The notes below the pieces were generated by a model, which was not told the DNA's origin, did not search any database, and worked only from the letters and a program-made list of their open reading frames with translations. The translations under genes were made by a program, and so were the position numbers. A stretch of DNA of 64,000 bases from Tubulanus polymorphus (Eukaryota > Animalia > Nemertea): the NCBI RefSeq assembly GCF_964204645.1, contig NC_134029.1, positions 7,838,850-7,902,849 on the forward strand, written 5' to 3'. Below are positions 12,987 to 25,300 of the stretch, in pieces (positions within the stretch are counted from its first letter, which is position 1; each line of letters begins with the position of its first letter).

Positions 12987-15900
12987 CAGGAGAATTTACA
13001 ACAATAAATGTATATCCATAAATTCTTAAAATCTAGCAATAAATCATGAATCATAAATCTACCGATTTCGATCAGAAAATCGGACTAATGACACGAACGT
13101 TTAGATATCGTGATAATAAATGGCATCCAAATAATGGTTAACATTATTCAACATTTGAGTAAAATGTAATAGAAATATTAACATCTGCATCTGTGAAGGC
13201 CTGTAGTCAACGGTGACCCCGGTGCTGATGACGTTTGTTTTATGCGACGATTCGGAATATAATAAGCGAGCCTCTGTATCTGATCTCTATACTTACTAAT
13301 GATACATGTCAGTGGCGCATTAGTCGTCATTTCCCCTAAATCGACCCCAAGGCGTTTCCCCAGGATAGTGCAGAATTAGAGTCTGTCTCCTAATAATCTC
13401 TATACGTTATTTGCCTGACTGGCTAAAAACCTGAAATCGATGGCTACCATAAGTGAAGGTATACACACGCACAAAACACTCTTGACGGTTATGGGAAATC
13501 GTACTTAAAAAAAGAATTACCGCCTTCATCGCATTATGGCCTTTGGGAAGAAATTATGTATTTGTAAGCCTCCAGTGGGGAATTAAATCTGGCAAATTAC
13601 CAATATCCAACGTTTATACGTTGTAAAAAAAGACTCGAACACACAGCTCAAAGGTGCTGATTTTCATAAAAGTGAATTACCGTACCGGTAGATGGACTGG
13701 AAAAATGTGATGGAATGGAAGTATAATATACATAATTCGAAAGTAAATGAACATCATGATCGTGTTACAATAAATACCAGCAGATTAAAGATAATTAACG
13801 AAGGCCATATGAGATAATCTTGTTTAGATGAACCACATAACCGATCTCAAACATGATAACAGTTTGATTCATTTTCAGGGGCTACATCTTTTGAGGCATC
13901 CGCTACTGTGTCCTTTACTGCATTTCTTCAGGCTCTGCAGTCGAGGGTACTTTTTGTTTAAACGATATCATCTTATTAGATGGCAGTAGCCGATGGTTAC
14001 GCTTTCGTGGATCTTCTTTCCTCCAATTATCGGTGATTGAGCGCGGATCGTCTTTGCTTTATGGCTGACACACGGCCAAACAAATCGACAGCCAAGACGA
14101 AGAAGATGCCTTTATCATCGCAAATCAATATTCATCGATTACCAGTAATAATCGCATATGTATACACGGTGCCTGATGCTTGCTGTAAATCGGCGGAATA
14201 TGAAAAACACTCAACGACCTTTCTCTCATATTTAATAGCATTTAGAACAAGTTCTGCTTCACGACGTACACGCAATAAATAATCAATCTTCGTTGAATCA
14301 TGTTTCGGTTATATGCCTCCCATGATATTTTCCATGAGTAATTCCAGTAGGCTTTAAAGCCCAAGAACGACATCTATGAAACATCATATTGGACTCGAAG
14401 TATCTGGGGGACAATAGAAAAATTATTTTCAATACAGGAATTAAGGAGAAAATTCATGTAGGCCTATATATAGTCCTTTATGGTCTACACACGTAACCTA
14501 ATGAAATGTTCGGATTTTCTGTTAATCGTCAGAAAATGTAAAAATGTATTCATAAATCGAATTTCTGGCAAGCCAAAATATACGTCTCAAAATACACGAA
14601 CTAGGCATAGTTGTTTCTATCATTGATGTAGTATTCAGGTATTGTCCCAGGATGCTTTCGCATTCGACAACGGTGCCAATCTATTCGCATTTAAAGCAGT
14701 AAGATGCTGCAAAAATGGCATATGAAAGATAAGAAATTTAATTTAGGATGAAGCTTCTCTTCTATCGGCGTTTTGTTACGTTCATTCCCTGTTGATAATT
14801 GAAAACCAATAATCGTCTGACTCCACAGTCCGTACACAAACCGGAAGTGTTATTGCTGAGAACGTAAACGTCGTTACGTTCGTATCAAAATAACATAATC
14901 GCCGTTCATCAAACCAAAACTAATGTCCGTAATTTCTGTAGACGGTAGAAATTGATGGGCATTTTTCATCCGCGCTTGAGATCTTATCACGGCAATATCT
15001 CGTAAATGCCCTCGTAGCAATACGGATAAATTCCATTACTCTGTAGCTACCTTCTTTGATACACAAAAAAAGGAATCAGAAATTATAACTGATTCTACAC
15101 AAAATCGCACAATTTCAGGCAATACTCCGTTAAGATCTTTTGTAGATAGATGTATAGGCCAATTTAAATCAGTCATACCCGATTTATTCAGTAAATGGAA
15201 GTTTGATCAATAGTCAAAATGAATTTACATCATCTTGCGAAGGCCTCTCGGGGACAACCATTAATAAGCAATGTCAAAATATCTGATTAGCTCATAAATA
15301 TTTTCATGAGAATTGGTATGTCTCAGTGATGACAAATGGACACGAGTATTACATGTTATTTCATATTTTTAAACTTTAGTTTATCTCGCGAAACTTTTTC
15401 TGGGTTTTTTTCTGGGATCACTTTCTGGGAATCATTAATTGATTTTTTCAGTATCAGTTCGAAGAATGTTTCCTGTTTCTCTTTGTGAGTCATCTCACAT
15501 TATATCATATATCTCACAGAAATATCTGTGAGATTTAATCGTATTGGTTGTATATTTGTCAAAGCCTACGTCGTTCGGATCTCGAATCCCAAAAGTAACC
15601 CTATTATTGTAGAAGATTGTTCGAAGCTTCCACAGAACTCGAACCCACGTCACCGCGCCGAGAGCGATGGAAATTTAGAATTCAGACGCCGCATAAAGAC
15701 TATTGAATTCGGTATAGCGAACGTAGATATATAATTTGTTGAACCTTGCGTAAACCCATCGGTTGCAGCGTTTGGGGATAAATTTGTAGATAAGTTGGCC
15801 ACTAATTCAACTATACGTACACAGTATTTAACCCTGACAACAATCCGCATCAAATATGACCATCTTATTACGAGGCGTATCCAATCATAAATCGTATTAC

Positions 15901-17344
15901 GTCGTCGATATATGTATGATACATATTGGCTCGCGAAATCAGATCTGACTCTTTTCAAATCGCCACGCGAAAGTTTAATACGATTACGGGTCTGGCTTCG
16001 GCGGAACGTGGTTTTGTCATATACACGAAGTGACCGCTGTAAATTGAACCGGTTTCGCTGTTGAGGTATCTATAACCCAGTCCTCGACAAAAGACGATTA
16101 TAATATAACTAATTGCAATTTTTGATTAAAGGGAATTTCTTTCGACGCGATAATAACCTCTTGTCAGACATCGGATGGTTCCTTATATCATATTCTAGAT
16201 TAGTGAACGAAACAGATCGGCTGGAAATCTTAATTACGTGCAGCATTTTACTACGAGAACCTTCTGCCATCTTTCCGAGCACTTTCTTGTCTAATCGGCT
16301 TAATATAAGCAATTCAAGAAGAAATAAAATCGGATCAACGGTTGAAAATTGAATCCTAGTTGGTGGTTAATGGCATGCATTACGTAGGCTAGGATAACTT
16401 CTATCAAAATTCCTACTCCCCGGATACTATACGTCTTATAGACTGATCCCAGTTGTCTGTTTGTTAAGTTTGTTTTTTTAGACGAGATTTTAAGATCATT
16501 GTTTTCCAAATCCTTGGAGATAAATACAAATGTATAACCATTAGTCTTACCTCATAGCTGTAACGACAAACATGATATGAAAATAGCAAAGACAATTTAA
16601 GATATTTCCCTGAGGTTAAGTTGATACTGTTTCATGAAATAAGATCTTGTGGGGATATGGGCTATGGAAAATGTCTGCTTTACAAGTTTGAATAATTCGC
16701 AACAAATTACCGGTGAAGTAAAGTATATATATCCACGTTTACGAGTAATGCCGACGGGTGGTCACCGAGCAAATTAGTTACATATATACCCGGTAAGTCT
16801 ATGATTTGTGGGATCACGGGAGATATTCGAGACCCGGGGTTATATCCCATTAGGTTCAACCGCTGTTGAGTGAAAGCTTGATATCTCCAATAATGCCACG
16901 GCTTTTCCTTTTATAATGGCAAATGAGATTGCTACCGTACCACCTGCGACTGGGTATCAACGCCAAGTATCAAACGAATTCATGTCGAACTCGCGAAAAC
17001 TAAGACGATCTCTCCAATAGATTATGAATATTGTCCTCAGATTCGTTCATTTTCTGGTCTCCATTTTGATTTTTCCATCAATAATTTGAAAAAAATGTAT
17101 ATGTGTACGTATATAATGCGCTGTTTACGGACGTTTGCCGAAAGCAAGTCTCCTTTTTTTAAGTTCGTTACGGTTTGACCCTTAAGCCTTGGCACCAAAG
17201 TCACCGTTTTCCAAGTCTCGTCGAAGCACAGTGACTCATCAGTCGGCGTAGAATCATCAAACATGTCAATCAGATGCGGACTGAATCTGCCGGTAAAAAA
17301 AAAACGCACCTGATTGGCTTAATACATAGACCGTTTAAACGTTA

Positions 17345-17700
17345 ACCGCTTAGCTATGGTGGCTGATTCGGGCCATACTAAAAGATTTTTCTGTACGGAT
17401 AGAGCAACGATAAAAAAACTTCTCATTGGCCCATTTTTTGGTTTTCTCGTGCGAGAATTCAAAAAGTTTGGTTTTCTCGCACGAGAATTCAAAACTTTTG
17501 GTTTGAACAATTTTTCTGTCTGGCTAGTGGCTGAATAAAAACTTTTTACATTGGCCATTTTCTCGCGCGAGAAAACAAGAAGTTTTGAATTCTCGCGCGA
17601 GAAAACCAAAAAATGGGCCAATGTGAAAATTTCTTATGGTTGCTCTAGCCGTACAGAAAAATTTTCTGGTATGGCCTGAATCAGCCACATTACTTAGCGG
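17345..17700. mobile_element. MITE, near fully palindromic (ATGGTGGCTGATTC terminus)
   Basis: atggtggctgattcgggccatactaaaagatttttctgtacggatagagcaac mirrored by gttgctctagccgtacagaaaaattttctggtatggcctgaatcagccacat. Internal repeats of tttctcgc.cgagaattcaaaa. Confidence 0.88.
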
Positions 17701-18124
17701 CAACCTGTCCGTCCGAGAAATTTTGGGCAATGTAGTAGACCAAGTTCAAGTTCACCAATAAGGGTTTGCGGCCTGGGTTGGTGTTGGCGCGAGCTTCGAC
17801 GGGATACAATACAACCCTGGCAAGCGAAATGACTTATGGTACTAATAAGCGTACCGTATGTCGGGGCTGTGGGATTAATCGTAATGATGCGTCTCGATAA
17901 AGACGATTTGGGATTTTGTTGGATAGATCACAAAATGGCCATATCTCTTCAAACCGTTATGCATGTCGCTCACAAATCAATCACGAATTCATGACAAACT
18001 GATTAAAATTCTACATTCAACCGCTATATTTATTAAAGTATACATTCACCAGCATGTCCAGCATGATTTCTTGCTAAATATCAGATTTATTTACAAACTA
18101 CATTCATCACTAATTTAATCAATC

Positions 18125-18127
<3 letters not shown>

Positions 18128-18166
<39 letters not shown>
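18128..18166. repeat. (AAT)n microsatellite
   Basis: About 13 AAT units. Confidence 0.95.
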
Positions 18167-18383
18167 TGATTATTTACTATTTAGTAATTTGTACTAAACT
18201 TGGCCGGGACTACCGGGTAATACGATAGTCATCGTTATACCGCGAATTTCGTAATAGGCCGCTTTGTATTAACGAGGTTTTTGTTTGTAACACTACAATT
18301 AAAATAATTAGTTAATTAAAGTGAATACTACTACAGTTAACTATAACATCACTTCAGAAAACAGACGACATATTTTCAATATA

Positions 18384-18547
18384 CAGTCAAACCCGCTTAA
18401 TCCTGATCGGCTTATGGTCTAACCCGGACCGTATTTGCAGTCCATTCGTTCATTAATATACACGAAAACGACTTTTAATCCGGATTTCCAATAAATCGGA
18501 TGAATTTTGTTGGTCCAAAATGATCCGTAATTAAGTGGATTCTACTG
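18384..18547. mobile_element. Tc1/mariner(pogo)-type MITE
   Basis: TA|cagtcaaacccgcttaat ... attaagtggattctactg|TA. Confidence 0.7.
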
Positions 18548-18859
18548 TACTTGTACATATATCCCTCCTTTGTATACACATAATTTGCATATATTTGCTT
18601 GTGATAATTAAAGATACCATGAACATAGATTCTTTACACTTCTACATTTATAATAAAGAGGAATGTGTCGAAATGGAAGGAATGATTAATCTCGAGGAAT
18701 TGAGTAGGCTCCGCTCGAGTCAAATCTAATTGTACCGTGAAAATTTGTCAGACTTGAGCGATATCCGACTTAGATGGCGGTACATAAATCATAGAGGGTC
18801 AGAAAAATATTTTAAGAACATCCAAGTTAGGATTATCATACTGTATGTTAACACTACTA

Positions 18860-19102
18860 CAGTGGAACCAGCAGTGGATCCACTATTTGGATTTGTGCAC
18901 CCCCTCCATGGAATCCTGGATCTGCCACTGGGAACCTCGATATAACGAATTTCACAGGACCAGAAAATATGTTCGTAATGATCGATAGTTCTTTATGTCC
19001 AGAGTACGAAATTAGTGAAATTGTGTTATTTGGCATGAAATTCTATATTTGTTATATCCGATGAATCGTTTTATCGGAGTTCGTTATAACGAGGTTTCAC
19101 TG
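18860..19102. mobile_element. Tc1/mariner(pogo)-type MITE containing a nested 62-bp element (18869-18930)
   Basis: TA|cagtggaac[insert]ctcgatataacgaa ... ttcgttataacgaggtttcactg|TA. Same family as 25547-25720, in the opposite orientation. Confidence 0.85.
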
Positions 19103-19393
19103 TAGTAAGATTCACACAACAAATTTAGTTTTAGACTTGCGGTTGCCCTAGTACATTATATACATGTACACATATTTAGTATCTGTGCAATTATTTCGAA
19201 CCGCAATGACAAATTTTTGTTAGTATCCCGCATCTATACCATACCCATCCGACTTGGTCAACAAAACGTTTTTTGATGGATAAGCTGGAAACATTTACTA
19301 CCCGGACAAAATGTAACATTCCATGTAAGGACGTATCGACCTACCAACACAGAATCGGTGCAAACACAAGGGAAAACCATTTTTCTACAATGT

Positions 19394-22300
19394 TCATTTC
19401 GAAGTATTCGAAAAACGTGACGAGAATATTTTAGCAATGCGTTTCGTCTCCTCAGCCGATGGCAGAGGGCGTTGTTTGGCGTTAAATCTCGGCGGAGAAG
19501 ATTTAGCTTGAGGTGGGCTGGTTATCTTTTCGAGCAGTTCACGAGCAGCAAGGGCTCTTTCGCGTTGCTGATCTTCATTGATCTGAAAAACAAGTCATGT
19601 CCAGTACATGTAATAAAGCGTGAAGAAGAGCTCTGTAATTGTTTTCTAACTATCCTTTCATGAACCAATGTTAGTTTTTCGACAGCCACATGTTTTTCAA
19701 GAATACTGATTTTGTGTGTCAAATCGAATTATCAACATCAATATAATACCTGTTTAGTTTCGAGGAGAGGCTTCGGTTGAGGTCTAGTGGTAGTAGCAGT
19801 ACCGGCAAATCTCAAAGCTCTCATTGATTCCGCCAATTCTTGTGGAGCAAGGAAAAACTGAGGTACCGATGATGCCTGGTCACTGATCCTGTATAAAAAT
19901 GTGAATTGATGGTACAAAACAGAATAGTAAAGCTGTTTAATCAGGATATGTCTTAATCATGAACATTATAGCATGCAATTAAGATGATCTTCATTCTAAT
20001 TCACCTGGAAATCGAAGAAACCGGGGGATCATTTTCCTGACCAATATCGCCATGCTCAGTTGCCAATCCGGGCCTAGTTAGCTCTTTAGCGCTGTCAATA
20101 AATACTTTTTTGGCAATCTTCTTCTTTTGATATTTCTTCATTTTCTTCTTCGCTTTCGATGAACCATGACTCTTTTCCGATTTATCCCCTTCGCTGTCAC
20201 TTTCACTTGAAGATGATGATGATGATGATGACGACGACGAACTTGATGACGACTTAGAGGACGATCTTGATGATGAAGACATTTTTGGCTGCTTTTTCTG
20301 CTTCTTCTTTTTAGCTTTTTTCTTCACCTTTTCATCACTATCTTCCTCTGATACATCACTACCAACACGAATATCATCTTTCTTCAGTTTGGTTTCTTCA
20401 TGCTCCCCATTTTCAACATCATCTGCTACATCAATATTCTCCTTTTCACTGTATTGATCCCCTTGCTCAGCTTCATCATCAGACACCAGTAAATCTTGTA
20501 CTGCATCTTCACTGTCATCCAAACTTTGCAGTCTGTGTATGCCAGAAATTTCATCTGCGTTCGTTTGACCAATGATGATTCGAGACTCCTCTTCCCTGAT
20601 AAGTAATTGAGAAAGTTTAAAGTTATCAACCCTTAAGAGAAAATCAACAAATCTGCTCAATATGGGGTCTGGTGGACAACGTGCCCTCTTGGGAATAACC
20701 TGCTGAGACTTACATCCCAAGTGGGTTAAAAGCGTACAAGATTATCATGATTTAGTCAGCTCTGATGCCAAGAAAGTTTTAGGTTTTTAGACGTAACACA
20801 CACGCCACCAGACCCTTCATCTAAATAATGCAACCATTCCGAATACTCTTGAGAGTATAAAGAACGCCTAAAGAAATCTTTGGACATATTCCACAGAATT
20901 TTCCAAAAGGGAAAGTTTAAGAGCTAAGAATCTTGGGCTTTCATTTAATTTTAACAAGAACGACCATCACATTATGTAATGATTCAATTTTTGGTACCTG
21001 TTTTGAATTTGTTCTTCTTCAACATTAGTTTCACCTGCCATTTCAAGATCACACACCTGACCAGAAGCCTCTGGATACCTGTGTATCCAAAGAAATACGT
21101 ACATTATGATCGTAAGTTAATCATCTTTATACCGTTAGATTAATAAGATAACTGGCAAGACCCCAATGAAAGTCAATAGACTTTAGGGGCTTGTTACACA
21201 CTGTATCTATAAATTGAGCTAATAACAAAAGATGACCAAAGAATTGGAGAAGGTTATGATTTTGTACGACAATTGAATTGAACAGTTAAATCCAAAACAT
21301 TAAATAAACAATAGAACTGGTTCCAAACTGGTTACAAATTATCATCACCCATACCTGTGGAATTCTTGAGGCTCTGAAAGAATAGAATCATCGGCTGAAT
21401 TGTTAAAGTTGAAACATGACACATTATTCAACGGTCTAATGGCCACGATACTATCATCATTTACACCATCATCTTCCTCCTTATCGAGTTTAACCTCTTC
21501 ATTTTCTGTACCAATTTGTTCATACTCATTAAATTTGTTCGTTATATAGTCATCATCATCATCATCTTCTTCACTATCTCTCTCATCATCATAAGCAGCG
21601 AACTCTTCACCGGGTTTATACTTGAACATATCCTCGAGTTGATTTCTCGCCAGATCGGTCATGTGCGTAACATCGATCGGTTCCGCGCCACTCAGGTCGA
21701 GATCCAGATCGGATATTTCCGACGTCGGTTCCGCAGCAGTCCTCGGCGTTGCTTGTGGCGAACTCGTCTCCGAAAGAGTTTCGTTCGCGCGTCGCAGTAA
21801 ATCTCTCGCGCGTGAAATCGCGTCGCTACCGATCGACATCGCATCTTCCTGATCGGCAAGAACGTCCGATATCTTAATAGCAGATGCAAATTCAGCTTCG
21901 GCGCTGGATCGTCCGGAACGTTGTTCTTCGGGTGGAGACAATGGAGGTTGCTGCCGTTTAGATGAGGAGACGGCGAATAATCTTGAGACGGGAGACTGGT
22001 TGGGATCTGGTAGCGCTTGAGACACGCTCGGCTCTGGATACATGGATGATACAGGATGATCGAGCCTGGTCCGAGTTAAAGCCGGCGGGGGCAAGACTTT
22101 TTCGTTGAATATATTCCCGCCGAGCTTCTGAGTAAATCTCTTATTTATCACATCCAGTTCATCCAAATTAGCTCTGTAAATGACATCAAAACGTGTTGAT
22201 TAATCAAAGAATTAACAACATTCAGAGACTGAGCCACTTTTTATCTCATTTCCCAGGTACAGGTCACATTATCATTATGTCAAATTTATAGCATTGCAAG

Positions 22301-25300
22301 AGTAAATGTTTACCGGGTTGACCGGTTACTACTGCGTTGAGGATACAGGAAGGTTTTGCAAATAATCTTACCTTAAATTGCGGAATAACATTGATCGTGA
22401 GGTGTCCTCGACTTCGTCTTGATTCTGTAATGTAGGTGGCGCCCAGTGAGATGTCTGCTGATTTTGTTGTTGATGTAACGACTCGTGATACATGCGTACA
22501 TTAGCGAGGTGTTGACTGAAGTGCGGTAATTTAACCATTTGATCTGAATGTTGGGCTATGTGACTAGGAAACCCTGCATACAAGCCACTCGTCTGATACG
22601 GGCCGACCATCGATGTCTTTCAAAATAAAAATAATCTTAGAAAGAATTTGAGTCAAGACACTAAGCTACCACTCTAGAAAACCATTGACACTAGTTACGC
22701 AGAAATATTGAACCAAAACACCCAAATAACCTTCCAAATGACACCAGAAAAGGTATTGTAAACGTCTAAGTTACCTTTTTCATCTACCATACAAGTCAAT
22801 TAATTACCTTTGATGGCGAGGGAGGGGCTTGGATAGTCTTGATACCTCGTAGGTGCTCACACGGGGTCACACTTAACTGAAATATAGTTTATACAAACAC
22901 ATTTCAAATTTAAAAACAATTACAAGTTTCGAATCAGTTTCAAATAACTTCTTGGCTTTTGCAAGCTGTGTAGCATGTGGGCTCTCTTGCAAATACTTTA
23001 AATAGTTTTACACTTTGTAGTCATGAAATGTCAACGATCGGTGCAAATGCCTTCATTATCAACTAACCTTAATTTGGCCCTGACATTGCCCGTTGAAGTC
23101 CATGATATTGTACCAGCCACATATTTGAGTTAGACCAATAGTTAATGGACCAACATCAACTGAGATGAAACCAATCACTTTGTCGCAATTCTTGTCTGAA
23201 AACAAACCAAAGGTAATTATGATAGTCCTTACAAGATCCTCACGAGCTCAACTTTTCTATTCAGACTTATCACCAATGTTTTGATCACCGAAATAAGAAT
23301 TTTGTTGCATTTAGACCCAGTAAGTAAACTGAGTACTGTCGACAACACAAGGGAAGCAGATGTTTTATAAAACCAGCAACTACGCAAAAGAATATGTAGT
23401 CCATGTACATACCTGGTTCAGGTTTTGTGGGGTCTACTTTATGCCAAGCTTTGAAAACCAAATTCTTGGGAAAGAAGCAAAAGGTTTGATTAGATAAAAA
23501 TCCCAACAGTTCCATGATAACCAATGGATGATTAACCAACCGAATAGCTCAGCTGATATAGCCTGAATGTGCAAACTTTTCAGTTAAACTTGAGTTTTAT
23601 GACATTTACCTTATCTTGTTCAACAAGCAGTTCTTTACTGAGTCTAGTTTCATGTTCGTGATTCCAGACCGGGTTATTTGAGGCAGTGATGACTTCGGTA
23701 TGCGCTGGTGTTGAACTCTGTCCGGTTTGATATGTTACGTAACAACTTGGGGAATACGACTCACTCCTGAAAGAGAGACATTGATATCAACACCATGCCA
23801 TCACCATCTACCGGTATATGGTAAAGGTAACGGATAGCAGGTGATCCATTTGTTCAGCTACACAGTTATTCAAGTATCGACCCCACATGTGCAATGCTTG
23901 GATAAAAGAACCAAAATATGCATAAGTACTTGTTTTGTTTGTGAAGGTTGTGAAAAACTACCCCAATCTATATATCATAAGTACTAGAATCACAGAAAAC
24001 TTTCCACTATTTTTTTGTAAGAATATGCCTAAATGTTTACTAAATGAAGGTGCTTACGATTGTTTATCAAAATTATCTGTTAAATGCATGGCTCTTTCAA
24101 TGGTAATATGGACAGCGAATGTCTCTTCTTCGGATAGAAGAGGCTTCTCGGGTTTTCTAGCAGTGATGCGTTTTCTCATCGGACTCAGTTCATCATCCGA
24201 AGCCAGGTCGCTGTATCGAATCAATGTTTCATCATGGAAATCCTAGAAAAATGGAAATAGGATCAACTGAATATTTAGTCGACGAAAATTCATCTGAGAG
24301 TATTGAAAGTATATGACCCTAACTAATAAACCTTAACAATGAAATTGAACAAGAATATGGTAAATGCAACATGTCTCCCCAGATATGCAGACAGTATACA
24401 TCTTGAATATCTTATTACCAGAATTGTGCTAAGAATAGCACAATTGTGCTAAGAAATTTAAGATGGCTGCTGTATTGGACAATGATCAACAAAAGGTTTA
24501 GACCTCACAGTCATTCAACCGATAAACTGACCCAATACAATCATCTTCACCCATCAAGGGATTCGAACCCACTACGCTAAAGCTGTTCCCCGAACCCCTT
24601 GACCTCACGAGTCGTTGGAGTCGTTACTAGCCGACCAGAATCCGGTCGTACCAATCACAGCACTTGTAACAAACCGTCAGTAGACTTCTGTTGGTTTTCC
24701 CCTTAAATTGACCATTCAGCGAACGTTTTACCGAACAAGGAAGTATTTCGCAAAGCGATATATGTCGTCACGCGCAACAGCGCCAGTAATGAAATCACGC
24801 TTCATGAGGCCAGGGGGCTGGTGGAAGCGAGTTCGGGAGTGATACCGGACCCCTGGCAAGCGAGGATGAATTGGATTCACATACCCCTCACATGCCCCGA
24901 TACATTAACAAGAAATTCAAAATGGCCACCATGGTGGTGGCCATGGATAGAGGACAATCACCATTTTTAATAGGTGTGAACAAATCGACCATCCAAAGAA
25001 AATACTTCAGGTATGTAGGTTGAATCATGCTTAGAAGCCGCACGCTGACTAAAATGAGATGTCTGCACCACAGAGGTGACATAATACTACCAAATGAGTT
25101 CCAAGAAGCCTTACCTCTTCGGAATGACCATGCTCAGGCTTCATAGTTAAATGCATCATGATATAAGCGCCTCCTAAACTTGATGATCCGGGCTTAAACA
25201 ACGGAAACACACCACTGCAAAACAATCAGTTTAAATGTTAGAACAATTATTTCATCGTCAAATAAGTATCTGAATTCAATAACTGTTAATAATCATTCAT

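Noticed and set aside
20001-22610. Large acidic/Ser-rich ORFs as separate genes
   Set aside because: Bounded by splice sites and located between recognisable C2CD3 exons; they are the low-complexity C-terminal region of C2CD3.
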